This document shows positions 1 through 10,269 of a stretch of DNA of 36,497 bases, one piece after another (positions within the stretch are counted from its first letter, which is position 1; the number at the start of each line of letters is the position of its first letter). The notes beneath the pieces were generated by a model. It saw only the letters and a program-made list of their open reading frames with translations. It was not told where the DNA came from and did no database searches. The DNA is taken from the IMG/VR virus record IMGVR_UViG_3300038321_000041, positions 1-36,497 of that record, one strand, 5' to 3'. The position numbers were made by a program, and so were the translations under genes. Origin of the DNA: a virus. Taxonomy: Duplodnaviria; Caudoviricetes.

Positions 1-155
1 TCAACTCTTAATCTGTCCCGGTACTCGATTTTCGTTTCCTTAACCGGGACGAGTACCGTTTTTGTCTTGCACCCTGTTAATAGGAACACAACCAGAATAG
101 CTAACAGGATCACCGTCCAAACAAGCCGTTTTTTTTGATCACGTTTATTAGTCAT
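1..155 (-). CDS. Lipoprotein, probable spanin (partial, runs off left edge)
   Basis: Not in ORF track; read manually from ATG at 155: MTNKRDQKKRLVWTVILLAILVVFLLTGCKTKTVLVPVKETK... Basic N-terminus, hydrophobic stretch, lipobox LTG-C; directly downstream of endolysin. Confidence 0.7.
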   Translation of the reverse strand, partial: MTNKRDQKKRLVWTVILLAILVVFLLTGCKTKTVLVPVKETKIEYRDRLRV

Positions 156-162
156 GTTGGTT

Positions 163-588
163 TTATTTGAAATACAATTTAGCTTCCTCCGCTCTTCTTT
201 TAATCAGGCCGGGTAAAACTTTTCCCCCGGCATAAATCCACCTGTTGAATTGATTTTGGATATCTGGATGGTTTGGGTTTTCCTTGATGCGTTTCAAAAG
301 TGTCGAGCTCCTGAAATTCACCGATCCGACGTTGAACGTGAAGGAAACAAGAGCGTCAAACTGATTTTGATTGATGTTCAGCTTGTGCCTGTTGACCTCG
401 TTCTCGGCCGTCCTTAGATCCTCTCTCAATTTTACTTCCGCTTGCGCCTCGGTTATCACGTCTCCCGGGCGAACGCCTCCAGTGCTGCCGTAACCTATCG
501 TCCAGACACCCGCGGGGCACTGGTACGCCTTTAATCGCAGCCCCTCGTGTCGTTTGATGAACTCTATCCCTTTGTCGCTTGTCTTCAT
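163..588 (-). CDS. Endolysin, GH24 phage lysozyme
   Basis: HEGLRLKAYQCPAGVWTIGYG catalytic region, NQNQFDALVSFTFNVG, GL..RR.EE motif. Confidence 0.95.
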   Translation of the reverse strand: MKTSDKGIEFIKRHEGLRLKAYQCPAGVWTIGYGSTGGVRPGDVITEAQAEVKLREDLRTAENEVNRHKLNINQNQFDALVSFTFNVGSVNFRSSTLLKRIKENPNHPDIQNQFNRWIYAGGKVLPGLIKRRAEEAKLYFK

Positions 589-1022
589 GCTTCTTTTTTA
601 TACGTTCCGAGCGGTGGCCGCCTCAACTTGCAATCCGTAGAGAAACAGACGTTGTTTTCAGCCATCTTGCGCTCTTTAATTTCATTATCAATTGTTTTCT
701 GCATTCCGGTAATCTTTCGGTCATTCTCGCCAACCTTAAATTCAAGATTTTTCAATTTCTGATTAGCCTCTTCGAGTGCTGATTTATATCCGTCAATCAG
801 TCCTTGCTGCTGTTCTATCAGCTTGTCCTTTCCCTCTATGATCTTGTTAAACCTGTCCTGCTGTGATCCTATCAGCTCCATCATCTTGTTCATAGCATCG
901 GTGGAGGAATCAACAACGTCAGCCTTTGACCCAGCCTTGTCTTCCTTAATCTTGAATAGCCACGAAACGCCGCCTCCGGTAAGCATTCCGACTACCGCCG
1001 ATATAATTATCTCCCAATTCAT
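585..1022 (-). CDS. Putative holin (single N-terminal TM helix plus coiled coil)
   Basis: Hydrophobic N-terminus WEIIISAVVGMLTGGGVSWLF; ATGA overlap with endolysin. Confidence 0.55.
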   Translation of the reverse strand: MNWEIIISAVVGMLTGGGVSWLFKIKEDKAGSKADVVDSSTDAMNKMMELIGSQQDRFNKIIEGKDKLIEQQQGLIDGYKSALEEANQKLKNLEFKVGENDRKITGMQKTIDNEIKERKMAENNVCFSTDCKLRRPPLGTYKKEA

Positions 1023-1079
1023 TACAACGAGTTAAAATAGTTAGTATTCGATTGTTTCCCGACCCCCTCCACCTGATTG

Positions 1080-1466
1080 TTATTTATTTAGAAACATCAT
1101 TATCACGTCCCCGATGCTTCCGGGTAAATCCGGATTGGAAGTTATCAGCGACACACAGCTGTCGGTTGACAGGACTTTTGCGTCGATGTCCGTTTTCTCA
1201 TCGAGCCATTTTTGCATGATCTCCGAAAAGGACTTGTTCCAGTCAGTTACGGGATCTCCCTCTTTCCATCCTGCCGGCTTGGTCTGTTCCGATATCTCGG
1301 CACGTGCCTTTTCAAAATCATCATGTATGCCTTTCAGCTTCACCCGAAGCAATACATACGCTACCATCGCTTCCTTATCGAGGTTGCCGCTCTTAATGTC
1401 TCTGATTGCTGAATACAGGGAAACTACTTCTCCCCGGCTAAGTCCTTTCAATTCTTTCTTTGCCAT
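1080..1466 (-). CDS. Hypothetical phage protein
   Basis: 128-aa ORF, 1-nt overlap with upstream ORF. Confidence 0.7.
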   Translation of the reverse strand: MAKKELKGLSRGEVVSLYSAIRDIKSGNLDKEAMVAYVLLRVKLKGIHDDFEKARAEISEQTKPAGWKEGDPVTDWNKSFSEIMQKWLDEKTDIDAKVLSTDSCVSLITSNPDLPGSIGDVIMMFLNK

Positions 1467-1699
1467 TATTGTGGATTTAATACGTTTATAATTCCGTCGT
1501 TTACCGCTTGAACATCAAGCTGCCCCGTGTTCAGGTTGAAGTTGCCTCCCCACTGGTTCACGTTGATGCGCCCAATTTCATTACCGTCATTATCTTTGAT
1601 AATGGTTTCAAGCTGTGTAACTTCTTTCGTTTCGACACCATTCTCAATGGTTGTTTCTTCTGTCATTTTGAATAATTCTGTTGTCATAGTCATAGTCAT
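1466..1699 (-). CDS. Hypothetical phage protein
   Basis: 77-aa ORF in operon, A-rich leader. Confidence 0.65.
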   Translation of the reverse strand: MTMTMTTELFKMTEETTIENGVETKEVTQLETIIKDNDGNEIGRINVNQWGGNFNLNTGQLDVQAVNDGIINVLNPQ

Positions 1700-1720
1700 A
1701 GTTATAAATATTAAATTGTT

Positions 1721-2767
1721 TTATGCTTCAAAAAGCGGATAAATTTTATTTAATCCTGTATATTGATTTACAAATGCTAATTTACCCCCCTGTGTCTGAT
1801 AGTACCTTAACACCTGATTGAATGTCCCATTTCTCGTTTCTGTTTGTCCTGCTGCAACCGTAATTGAACCTAAATTAACCATTTGTTCTCCATCAGAAAG
1901 GGCACCATTTACTGGGTCTGTATTTTGATACAGCACTTTCACGATGCAATTTGGAAAAATAATAGGTGTCTCCCTTGAATTAGTTAATTTTAATTCCCAT
2001 GTCACCGTGTAATCTTGTACTGGATTATCTGTTAACATCCCTGTTAGAGTAGATGAGAACCCCCATGTAGGGTTGCCACCGTCAGTGTCAAAATTACCTA
2101 ATCGACCATTTTCAATTGCATAATACTTATCGATGTTTGATGGCACAATAGGATTTCTTTCAGCTAAGAAAGCATATGCTTGATGGATGCCAAATAATCC
2201 GTCAATTGGTATTTCCGCGACAATTGTATCCGAGTAACTCGAAATTGGGTTAGCAAGTGTAAAATGCTTTAATAATGTGCCATTTTTTCCAACTGCTCCG
2301 CCAAGACACATCGTGTGTAAATCTAAATCTTCAATAGTTACACCGGTAGATGGGTGCGACAGTTTCTTATTGTAAGTTATCGGAAGCGTGGTAGCCGATG
2401 ACATATTGTTAGGCTTGAATAATGTATATGATTCTCTTACATCATGATCATATGTCCTGAAATCTCCAAGTCTGAAATATTCTAAACTCGTATGGCCACG
2501 TGGTTTATCGTATCTCCATGCGATAGCTCCGCTTTCATAAAAAGAAATAACGTCTTGTATGGTGGAAAACTCATTGATGTATAAACCGTACTTTACTGCT
2601 TTCAAATCTGCGGCATTTATTCCTGTAATGTTAAAGTGTCTCACAGGCTTCCACTTGCTCCACTTGTTAATGTTTGGATGCGTACAAAGCGAGCCAACGT
2701 CGTTAGTTGCAGCCCCTATAGCACTCTTGACTAAGCTTGTACTTATATTTGTTGATGATAGTGCCAT
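1721..2767 (-). CDS. Putative tail-tip / receptor-binding accessory structural protein
   Basis: Follows fibre gene; N-terminal DVGSLC..NINKWSKWKPVR and FRLGDFR.Y motifs recalled from Bacteroidota phage structural proteins; beta-rich C-terminus. Confidence 0.5.
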   Translation of the reverse strand: MALSSTNISTSLVKSAIGAATNDVGSLCTHPNINKWSKWKPVRHFNITGINAADLKAVKYGLYINEFSTIQDVISFYESGAIAWRYDKPRGHTSLEYFRLGDFRTYDHDVRESYTLFKPNNMSSATTLPITYNKKLSHPSTGVTIEDLDLHTMCLGGAVGKNGTLLKHFTLANPISSYSDTIVAEIPIDGLFGIHQAYAFLAERNPIVPSNIDKYYAIENGRLGNFDTDGGNPTWGFSSTLTGMLTDNPVQDYTVTWELKLTNSRETPIIFPNCIVKVLYQNTDPVNGALSDGEQMVNLGSITVAAGQTETRNGTFNQVLRYYQTQGGKLAFVNQYTGLNKIYPLFEA

Positions 2768-2769
2768 AA

Positions 2770-3045
2770 TTAATCCTCCATTGCTTTATAAGCAGAAATT
2801 TCTTTCTCTGCTTGCATTTTTACTTCCTCAATGCTCATTCCAGATACAATTCCACCGTGTGCCGAAATATTTCCAGCCACATAAATATCACCAGTTACAT
2901 ACAGGTTTCCTTTTACAGTAACATTATTATCAATTGTACCCTCAAGGGCAACAATCTTTTCTACAATCCTGTCCTTGTAGATAATCTTTTCAACTGTCAA
3001 ATCGACTTTGAAAATCCTTGCCAACCAGAATAATACTTTCTTCAT
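2770..3045 (-). CDS. Small tail-fibre-associated protein
   Basis: VKGNLYVTGDIYVAGNISAHG beta-repeat; sits between fibre and tail-tip genes. Confidence 0.5.
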   Translation of the reverse strand: MKKVLFWLARIFKVDLTVEKIIYKDRIVEKIVALEGTIDNNVTVKGNLYVTGDIYVAGNISAHGGIVSGMSIEEVKMQAEKEISAYKAMED

Positions 3046-3056
3046 AACTTTAATTT

Positions 3057-6000
3057 TTAAGTTGCTGCTACATATGCTGTTAATTCTCCCATACTTACGA
3101 ATGCCCCGTCAATAAATTTGCCCTTAACCACGCCATTTAATTTGAAATGAATCTCTGCACCGCTTGCTTCAATAGTCCAGCCATTTCCAAGATTCAATAT
3201 CGGTGTTGCCACACTTACTGCTGCAGTAAGTGCTCCTGTGAATCTACTTGTTCCGTTAACGTCGAGTTTGTAGGATGGAGAACTTTGTCCAATACCAACA
3301 TTGCCCCCTTGAGATTGCAATATAAGATTGTATGCATTTGCACCTCCTGAAAATCTACCTATCTGTAAATTTCCATCTCCGGTAGTAAGTACATTAAACC
3401 TAAACCCATATCCGCTACCTATGCCAAAAGTATTTCCTTCTGCTCCCAGAGCAGGTAGTGAAGCGATGCCGTCGCCAAATTTACTTCCTATTGAAAGTGC
3501 ATTGATTTTTCCTGAAGATTTGATATTACCTGAAACATCTAATTTTTCGGATGGCGAGTCTGTACCAATACCTACTTTTTCGCTTCTTATGTTTGATACC
3601 GAACCAGTGCTTGATGAGCCGAATCTCCATAATTTATTGTCAACATTCCATACACCTGTATAATTATCAGTACCCTGAATATATCTATTAACACCTAATA
3701 TAATATTTGCATCAAATGTTTTTGCCCCTGTAATTGTCTGCGCTGTATTCAAAGTCACCGCATCACTTATCCCATAGCCTGCAATTGTGGTTGGTTTACT
3801 CGATAAGTTAGCGAACGGTATTGCTATATTTGCTGTGCCGTCAAAACTGACGCCCGCTATTGTTCGTGCTGTAGCTAATGTTGTTGCTGTCGCTGCATTA
3901 CCTGTAATATCATCGTCAATAAAAGCTACTGTTCTGCCATCAACATTTATTCTATTATTTACTGTAGAAACTAAACTTTTTACAGAACCAGAAAGAGTTG
4001 TTCCATCAGCAAAACTTGTATAAGTAGTTATGTTAGCATTAATAGCATCTAAAGTTATAGTAGCTGTTTGAGTATTACCTACTGTTCCAGCTCCTACATC
4101 AAACAACTCTAAATATATATTATTAGCATCGCCTGTTAGTCTAGCTTGAATTTGAGTATATCCGTGAGTACCTAACACGGTTATTTGCCCGTGTCCAGAG
4201 TGTCCAAATGTTATTAAAAAAACATTGCCAACGACGACAGAATTTCTAGTATAATTAATAGAGACTATAAAAGAACCAGATAAAGCAATAGGTGTAGCAT
4301 ATAATATCCTTGACCATACGCCTTTTTGTATTGTAGCATTATATCTTTTCCTAAAGAAGTCAGCTTGTAGCCCATCCAACAAATCAGCATTCAAATTTGT
4401 AACTAAATTGGTATTAGCCATTGTCCCACCTGATAATGGAAGATATAACCCTGAATGATCACCCCACCCAAATGCTGTTTGTCCATTATTTATTCTGCTA
4501 TCGTTACCCTGTGCTACCGTACCCGATGTTGTGCCAAAATTCTTGTTAAAAGCACTATTTTTTGTAAATGCAGGCTCGTAAATTCCTGTATGTAAGTGAT
4601 CGCCAAGAGCAACAGTTGTTCCTGTTGTGCCTGTTGGTATTCTTGCTATGTTAAAAATTCCGCTTGTAATGTCAGATGCTTGATGAGTATGCGCTGACGG
4701 AGTGAACGTAGAAGGTTTACCACTTAGATTAGCCCAAGTTTGATTACCTCTTGTGAGCGTGATTACATTGCCTGACTTGCTTCCTCCCACTATTACATCA
4801 CCAGTTCCTGTAACACTTACTGATGTTGCTGAACCTCCTTCAACATTTGATATCCTGTTGTTTAAATCAATTCCCAATAAAGCTGATAGCACCCAACCCG
4901 CTTTTGAGCTGTCATAGTCTGCCCATGTGTCTAATCGTTCATAATCAGAGCTACCACCACCGCCACCATCGCCAGCCCCATAAGCGGACAATTCCAGCTT
5001 AGAGTAAGCGTTCATTTCGGTAAAGATTGTGTTCGGATTATCAGGGTCTTTTTTCCAAAAGCTTAATATCTCAAGTTGTTCTGGTGTCAGGCCTCCACCT
5101 GTGCCACCTCCGCCACCTGTACCGCCCGAAATACCCCCAATGCTCTTTATTCCGCTCTCCCCGTCACCGAAATAGGAATAAATAAAATCACGTCTTGAAA
5201 TTGTGCCGTCATAAATAATCTGCTCAATATCAAGGTTGACTTTTGCGTTGAAAAAATCTACCTCTGCCGTCACAATAGAGTATCTTTTGCCGTCGCAATC
5301 TCTGAAAATTGCCAAAGGATCGAAATTAACAACTTCAATTTCTGCCGTCAATAGATCGTGTGCAACGCTGAACATTCGAGCCTTTTGTCTTGAAATGTGC
5401 TGGAGTAATGGTAATTCTTCTGTATCGGTCGGGGTTGTCCAATTACTGGTTAATACGCCAGAGTTATTAAAAAGAGATGAAGTATCATCTTTTGGGTAGT
5501 CATAGAAATAACCATTTAGCCCATTCGTTAAATAATCACCGAAAATTGAGGTTTCTAAATCATGCGTTTTTGTGAAATTAGAGCCTTGTTCTGATTTATA
5601 GATTGTGCCTTTTGGGTTGTCCTTGCTCCCGCTCTTGATAGTTAACCCGACCGAATTTATTAAAACTGTTCGACCGCCACCACCTCCGTAAATTCTAATC
5701 TTAAAATTATAAAGCGAAAGATCATCTTCAACCTCTAATGTTCCAGATACAGCCATGCCCTTTGATAGTGCCCTGTAAATAGTAGAGCTTATTGCTTCGC
5801 CCTTATCGAATTGAGTTGTAAAAACTGGAGGATTAGTCGCTGGATAATCTATAAATTTACCCGAATAATCTAAAGTTTTTGTGTTAGTTCCATTTGTTGC
5901 AATAATCGCAACTCTTAAATAGGCTGGTGGGAATGATCCAAATGATGAAACAGCTGGAGCAATTGCGTTAATATCTAATGAAACAGTAACCGAACCTGAA

Positions 6001-7055
6001 CCGCTGTAAAAAACAGGTATTGCATTTGATTCTAAATAAATTGGATTCTCATTTCTCAAGTACTCATTAAAGTTGACTAAGTATTTCTTCTCTGTGACTG
6101 CCCCATAGACTGGTTTATATTCTGCCTGCCCTGTGCTTCCAGTTGTGAACGTGTCTACCTTCCTATTGTCTATTGAAGCAACAAAACCACCGACCGAGTT
6201 CCACCCTGTCAAGTCCTGTAAAAAATCATAGTTTTCCGGGTGGATTCGCCCTCCCCCAAATTCCTGATAAACACCAACACTCGAGCCGACTGGAATAATT
6301 GTTCTGCGCCCACCGACTGTTATTTCTGAAAAATCATGAATGACTTCACTCCAATTTGTTGAGGTCGTGGCTGTGCTGTACAGTTTTCCGCTTCCAATTT
6401 CATGCTGATACTTATTAACGATATACCATTCTCCGTTTCTCTGTGTCAAGAATGAATTGCTCGCTGTTAAAATACTACTTAAAACATCATAGCATGAAAT
6501 GTTTCTACCTTTTGTGTCTGATAGCCTTTGCGTTAATATTTTAGAGTTAAAGAAATCATTTATACCTGTGCCATTATTGAAGTCTGCCATTGTCCTAAGA
6601 GGTAGCGATAGACCTGTTTTATTCAAACATAAAATCGCTAACTCTCTCAAACTTATCATTGAGGGTAAATCTGATAACGTTACATTCTTCAATGTTCCAA
6701 GCCTGTCACTTGCTGTCATGGTGATTACAGGATTATTTCGTACCTCGATTGAAAAAAAATCAGGTATGATAAAGCCTTGCCAACTTATAACATTGTCAAT
6801 GTAATGCGTTACAGATAATTCCGTTTCATTCGATGTCTTAAGATTGTCAATGTTAAAATCTGCCGTTTCGTAAATCTCAATGTCGGCACTTGAAGATAAA
6901 AACATCCCCGACTTGTCTCCCTTATCATTGTTATATGATAAAATAAACGGTCGCTCCGTGCCTTCAACTTCGATTACAGGAGTTGCCAAACCTTTCTGAA
7001 TGTCAACCCTTGCCTCTACACCGTCTTTATTGCAATATGTTAATCTGTATATCAT
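3057..7055 (-). CDS. Tail tip/baseplate protein fused to tail fibre
   Basis: 1332 aa directly after tape measure; Gly-rich linkers then fibre motifs KPSTFTPSAHTH, NLNADLLDG, GNAATAT.L.TARTI, GIGT.SP..KLDV.G. Confidence 0.85.
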   Translation of the reverse strand: MIYRLTYCNKDGVEARVDIQKGLATPVIEVEGTERPFILSYNNDKGDKSGMFLSSSADIEIYETADFNIDNLKTSNETELSVTHYIDNVISWQGFIIPDFFSIEVRNNPVITMTASDRLGTLKNVTLSDLPSMISLRELAILCLNKTGLSLPLRTMADFNNGTGINDFFNSKILTQRLSDTKGRNISCYDVLSSILTASNSFLTQRNGEWYIVNKYQHEIGSGKLYSTATTSTNWSEVIHDFSEITVGGRRTIIPVGSSVGVYQEFGGGRIHPENYDFLQDLTGWNSVGGFVASIDNRKVDTFTTGSTGQAEYKPVYGAVTEKKYLVNFNEYLRNENPIYLESNAIPVFYSGSGSVTVSLDINAIAPAVSSFGSFPPAYLRVAIIATNGTNTKTLDYSGKFIDYPATNPPVFTTQFDKGEAISSTIYRALSKGMAVSGTLEVEDDLSLYNFKIRIYGGGGGRTVLINSVGLTIKSGSKDNPKGTIYKSEQGSNFTKTHDLETSIFGDYLTNGLNGYFYDYPKDDTSSLFNNSGVLTSNWTTPTDTEELPLLQHISRQKARMFSVAHDLLTAEIEVVNFDPLAIFRDCDGKRYSIVTAEVDFFNAKVNLDIEQIIYDGTISRRDFIYSYFGDGESGIKSIGGISGGTGGGGGTGGGLTPEQLEILSFWKKDPDNPNTIFTEMNAYSKLELSAYGAGDGGGGGSSDYERLDTWADYDSSKAGWVLSALLGIDLNNRISNVEGGSATSVSVTGTGDVIVGGSKSGNVITLTRGNQTWANLSGKPSTFTPSAHTHQASDITSGIFNIARIPTGTTGTTVALGDHLHTGIYEPAFTKNSAFNKNFGTTSGTVAQGNDSRINNGQTAFGWGDHSGLYLPLSGGTMANTNLVTNLNADLLDGLQADFFRKRYNATIQKGVWSRILYATPIALSGSFIVSINYTRNSVVVGNVFLITFGHSGHGQITVLGTHGYTQIQARLTGDANNIYLELFDVGAGTVGNTQTATITLDAINANITTYTSFADGTTLSGSVKSLVSTVNNRINVDGRTVAFIDDDITGNAATATTLATARTIAGVSFDGTANIAIPFANLSSKPTTIAGYGISDAVTLNTAQTITGAKTFDANIILGVNRYIQGTDNYTGVWNVDNKLWRFGSSSTGSVSNIRSEKVGIGTDSPSEKLDVSGNIKSSGKINALSIGSKFGDGIASLPALGAEGNTFGIGSGYGFRFNVLTTGDGNLQIGRFSGGANAYNLILQSQGGNVGIGQSSPSYKLDVNGTSRFTGALTAAVSVATPILNLGNGWTIEASGAEIHFKLNGVVKGKFIDGAFVSMGELTAYVAAT

Positions 7056-7076
7056 ATCAACTGTTTTATATCCTCA

Positions 7077-9464
7077 CTACAACCTATTACGTCTCTGTTC
7101 TGCCGTGTTCAGTACCCCTACCAACTCATTGGTGCCAATCTTAAATTCCACTTTGAAATCATCCTGATACTGCCCTCTGTATTCTGATGGTGCATAGCCC
7201 GGTCCTGTATTTCTTAATGATGGTGCTGAGGAATAGCCTGCTCCACCACCACTGCCCATACTACTTGCCAGCTTTCTTGAACCAGCCGAAAATAAAGAGC
7301 CTAATGCTATTAATGCTACACCAGCGCCGATGGCAAGAACCGGATTAAGTGACATTAATGCTTTTTGAATCGCTTCAAGCCCTATTCCTATACCTAACGC
7401 CATCTTACCCAAATCAACCATAATACCGCCAAGCATACCCAGCATTGATGATGCTAAGGCTGTCATTACATTGTCGCCCTCCATAATCGCAGTAGAGGCA
7501 TCAGCGAAGAGATTCCCGAGAACATCGCCAACTGTTACTTTTATTGCTTGTGCCTTTTGCGACAAATCGCCCATGCTTGCATCGAGAGCGGAGGTGTCAA
7601 TTGGTGGTAATGCAAATTTGCCATCTTTTAAGAACTTATTATCAAGGACATTCTCAATTCCTGAAACATTCGTTTTAACATCAATACTCAACTCTCTACC
7701 ACCTGTTAACAAATCTAATGCAGTTGATAAGTCATTTATCTGCTGTTGTGTCTCCGCTAATTCCTGACGTACATTTGTTGACGGCAAGATTCCTGTTTGA
7801 AGTTTAACAAGCTTACTCTGCAATTCTTCAATTGTTGCGGTTGTTTTAGTAATCGCATCCCTTACATTTAGTTGTTCACCGATAAGCTTCTGAAAGGTGT
7901 CAAGCTCGGCTATCTCTGCCGTATCCCCTAAACTATTATTTAAAGCATCTACTGCTGCTGATTGATCTTCAATAGCTGCTGTCGTTTCTTCGGTCGATTC
8001 GGCTGCTGATTGCATAGATGGGGTTAGTTTTTCTGAAAAACTTCTCAACCCGCTTGCCCACTTATCCATCCCGATCAAGTTGAACAGACCCGCCAAAGCG
8101 GAAGAGATTGAAGAAACGGCATTTAATACAATTCTTGAAATACCTGAAAAAACATTTGTAGCTAATGTTTTGACGCTTTCCAACGCTCCAGAAAAATCAC
8201 CTTTTAGTAAGTTTATAAATGTATTTAATACACCACTGACAATGTCAATCGCTGTTGTTACAACTGTCATTATTGTGTCAAAACTGTTGCCGAAAACTTT
8301 TATTAATGTGTCGCCGATTGCATTCCAAATTGTGGTGATAACGGTTTTTATTTGAGAAAACACAATTGAAATATACTCTTTAGCCGCTGAAAATAAATTC
8401 TTAATGCTGTCAAATAATTCTGAACCTCCGCCAGTTGTGAAGTATTCTTTTATCGAATCCCAATTACTTATTATTAATGCTGTAGCTCCAGCAACTGCAG
8501 CGACTACTAATCCAACAGGACCAGTTAAGGCTACTAATGCTGCCTTAATGAGCGGTAAGGCTTTGAGTATGTTGCCTATAACGATTAAAAGAGGACCAGC
8601 AACAGCCGTAACCCCAGCCACTCCTACAATTATGGACTGCATTTCAGGTGATAAGGCTCTTAGTCCACTCACAAAATCAGAGAATTTGCTAATAATGGGT
8701 GTGATAATAGGTAATAAAACTTCTCCTAATTCAGTCGATAAATTACTTACCTCTGTCCTAAAAGCTCTCATGGCTCCACTCGCACCGTCTGCCTCCCTTG
8801 CTGCCTGCCCTTGTGCCGCCCCTGTCTGTTCCCAGATCAGTGCCAATGTAGCGGCTTGTTTTGCTTGCAAGGTCATTTCGCTTGTACCGCTTATCAGTCC
8901 TAACTCTAACGCCTTTTGCTTTATTAACGCTTCATTGACCGCCATCCCGTAATTATCGAGCATCGTATTGTTGCCCTTCAATGCCCCCGTTAATGCCCTC
9001 ACGGCATCTTGCGTCGTACCGCCATACATGGCTGTAAGGTCTCCAGCCAATTCTATAAGTTTAGCGGATTGTTTTGATGCTTCCTTTTCAGTCAGATTAC
9101 CGATATTAATGAGCATCGAACCCATCAGATTCGAGTACGATAACGCCTCCTTCTTCGCGATTCCGTATGAGGTATCAAGGTTATTAGCCCAATCCTGGAC
9201 GGTGTCGGAATTATCTTTAAATATTTGTTGAGTAGCTCCCAAAGCGTCCTCAAAATCGGCAGCCATTGAAAAAGCTTTTCCGCCTACCCCGACTAATGCA
9301 ACCGATAAGATAGATGCTTTTTTCCCTATACTAATGAATGAGTCACCAACCTTTGACAGCTTTTGCAAAGTAGTCTTTTCAAGCCTATCAACATCAGATA
9401 CAGCTTTGTCGATATTATTTGAAAAACCTTTTATGTCTGCTTCCAGTACCGCCTTAAAACTCAT
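7077..9464 (-). CDS. Tail tape measure protein
   Basis: 795 aa Ala/Leu-rich helical repeats with periodic W/F; follows tail chaperones. Confidence 0.92.
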   Translation of the reverse strand: MSFKAVLEADIKGFSNNIDKAVSDVDRLEKTTLQKLSKVGDSFISIGKKASILSVALVGVGGKAFSMAADFEDALGATQQIFKDNSDTVQDWANNLDTSYGIAKKEALSYSNLMGSMLINIGNLTEKEASKQSAKLIELAGDLTAMYGGTTQDAVRALTGALKGNNTMLDNYGMAVNEALIKQKALELGLISGTSEMTLQAKQAATLALIWEQTGAAQGQAAREADGASGAMRAFRTEVSNLSTELGEVLLPIITPIISKFSDFVSGLRALSPEMQSIIVGVAGVTAVAGPLLIVIGNILKALPLIKAALVALTGPVGLVVAAVAGATALIISNWDSIKEYFTTGGGSELFDSIKNLFSAAKEYISIVFSQIKTVITTIWNAIGDTLIKVFGNSFDTIMTVVTTAIDIVSGVLNTFINLLKGDFSGALESVKTLATNVFSGISRIVLNAVSSISSALAGLFNLIGMDKWASGLRSFSEKLTPSMQSAAESTEETTAAIEDQSAAVDALNNSLGDTAEIAELDTFQKLIGEQLNVRDAITKTTATIEELQSKLVKLQTGILPSTNVRQELAETQQQINDLSTALDLLTGGRELSIDVKTNVSGIENVLDNKFLKDGKFALPPIDTSALDASMGDLSQKAQAIKVTVGDVLGNLFADASTAIMEGDNVMTALASSMLGMLGGIMVDLGKMALGIGIGLEAIQKALMSLNPVLAIGAGVALIALGSLFSAGSRKLASSMGSGGGAGYSSAPSLRNTGPGYAPSEYRGQYQDDFKVEFKIGTNELVGVLNTAEQRRNRL

Positions 9465-9465
9465 G

Positions 9466-9801
9466 TCATAAGTTGTTTAATTGTTCCTGCTTTAAATTCT
9501 GCAACCTCATTGCTTCGTTATATTCATCCATCCGCTTTTGAGCAAAAGACTTCATTTCGTCCGATATCCCTTTTCGCCTTGCACTTTTTCCGTCAATAGG
9601 CATAAACTGCTCTATTGACTTCGGCAGTTTCTTTGGGTCTAAATGACTTCCTATCTGTGCCGACCAGGCAATTAAGCGGGTGTGTCTTAATCTCTCCTTT
9701 TGCATCCTGTTGAAAGCATAAGACTTTATCAGGAACTCGCAAAATGGCATATCATAGAATTCTTCCAGCCTTAACCCTAATTCACCAACCGCAAACGCCA
9801 C
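9466..9801 (-). CDS. Tail assembly chaperone, frameshift extension (gpT-like)
   Basis: Lies in the -1 frame of the upstream ORF and is open back to the slippery site; GELGL..EEFYDM motif. Confidence 0.8.
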   Translation of the reverse strand: MAFAVGELGLRLEEFYDMPFCEFLIKSYAFNRMQKERLRHTRLIAWSAQIGSHLDPKKLPKSIEQFMPIDGKSARRKGISDEMKSFAQKRMDEYNEAMRLQNLKQEQLNNL

Positions 9802-9824
9802 AACATCCCTGTTCCAGTCAAATT

Positions 9825-10184
9825 CTACTTTTTGACTGTCTTTTTCGGTGCTGTGGCTTTCGGGTTTTTTTCTTCATCACCCGGGACGTTTGTTGTTCTT
9901 GACTTGATGTACAGATTTTGAACCCTTTGCACCTCATCACTTTGAAGTCCTCCCTGCTCATCTATCCAGTCGTAACAGTCAAGCACATCAAAGTCGATTT
10001 TCTCTTCCGCGATATACTTGCTCCTTAACCCCTCACCATGAATTAAGCCGAAAAATAGCATGTGGGCAAACATCTTGATCGTTGCCGTATCGCCCTTCAA
10101 TGCGCTCTCGATCTCACCGATCACCCATGTTGAAAATTGAAGCGTCCTTTCCTTCCCTTTTAAAAATATGGTTGTCTTAAACAT
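9825..10184 (-). CDS. Tail assembly chaperone (gpG-like)
   Basis: Between tail tube and tape measure; has EEKN slippery codons near its end. Confidence 0.8.
   Translation of the reverse strand: MFKTTIFLKGKERTLQFSTWVIGEIESALKGDTATIKMFAHMLFFGLIHGEGLRSKYIAEEKIDFDVLDCYDWIDEQGGLQSDEVQRVQNLYIKSRTTNVPGDEEKNPKATAPKKTVKK
9864..9870 (-). other. Programmed -1 ribosomal frameshift site A AAA AAC
   Basis: In-frame X XXY YYZ heptamer; no stop in -1 frame between it and GTG 9801. Confidence 0.8.
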
Positions 10185-10269
10185 CTCGCTTTATTTTATT
10201 AGTTTTTTTTAGGAATAAGCTGGTTGTTTGTTTGGTATCAGAGTACAACTCAGCAAAACTCACGTTCCA

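Noticed and set aside
1721-7055. Diversity-generating retroelement targeting the fibre
   Set aside because: No reverse transcriptase and no adenine-mismatched TR/VR pair was seen
10218-10252. Imperfect hairpin after tail tube gene
   Set aside because: Bulged stem, long loop and no U tract on the coding strand
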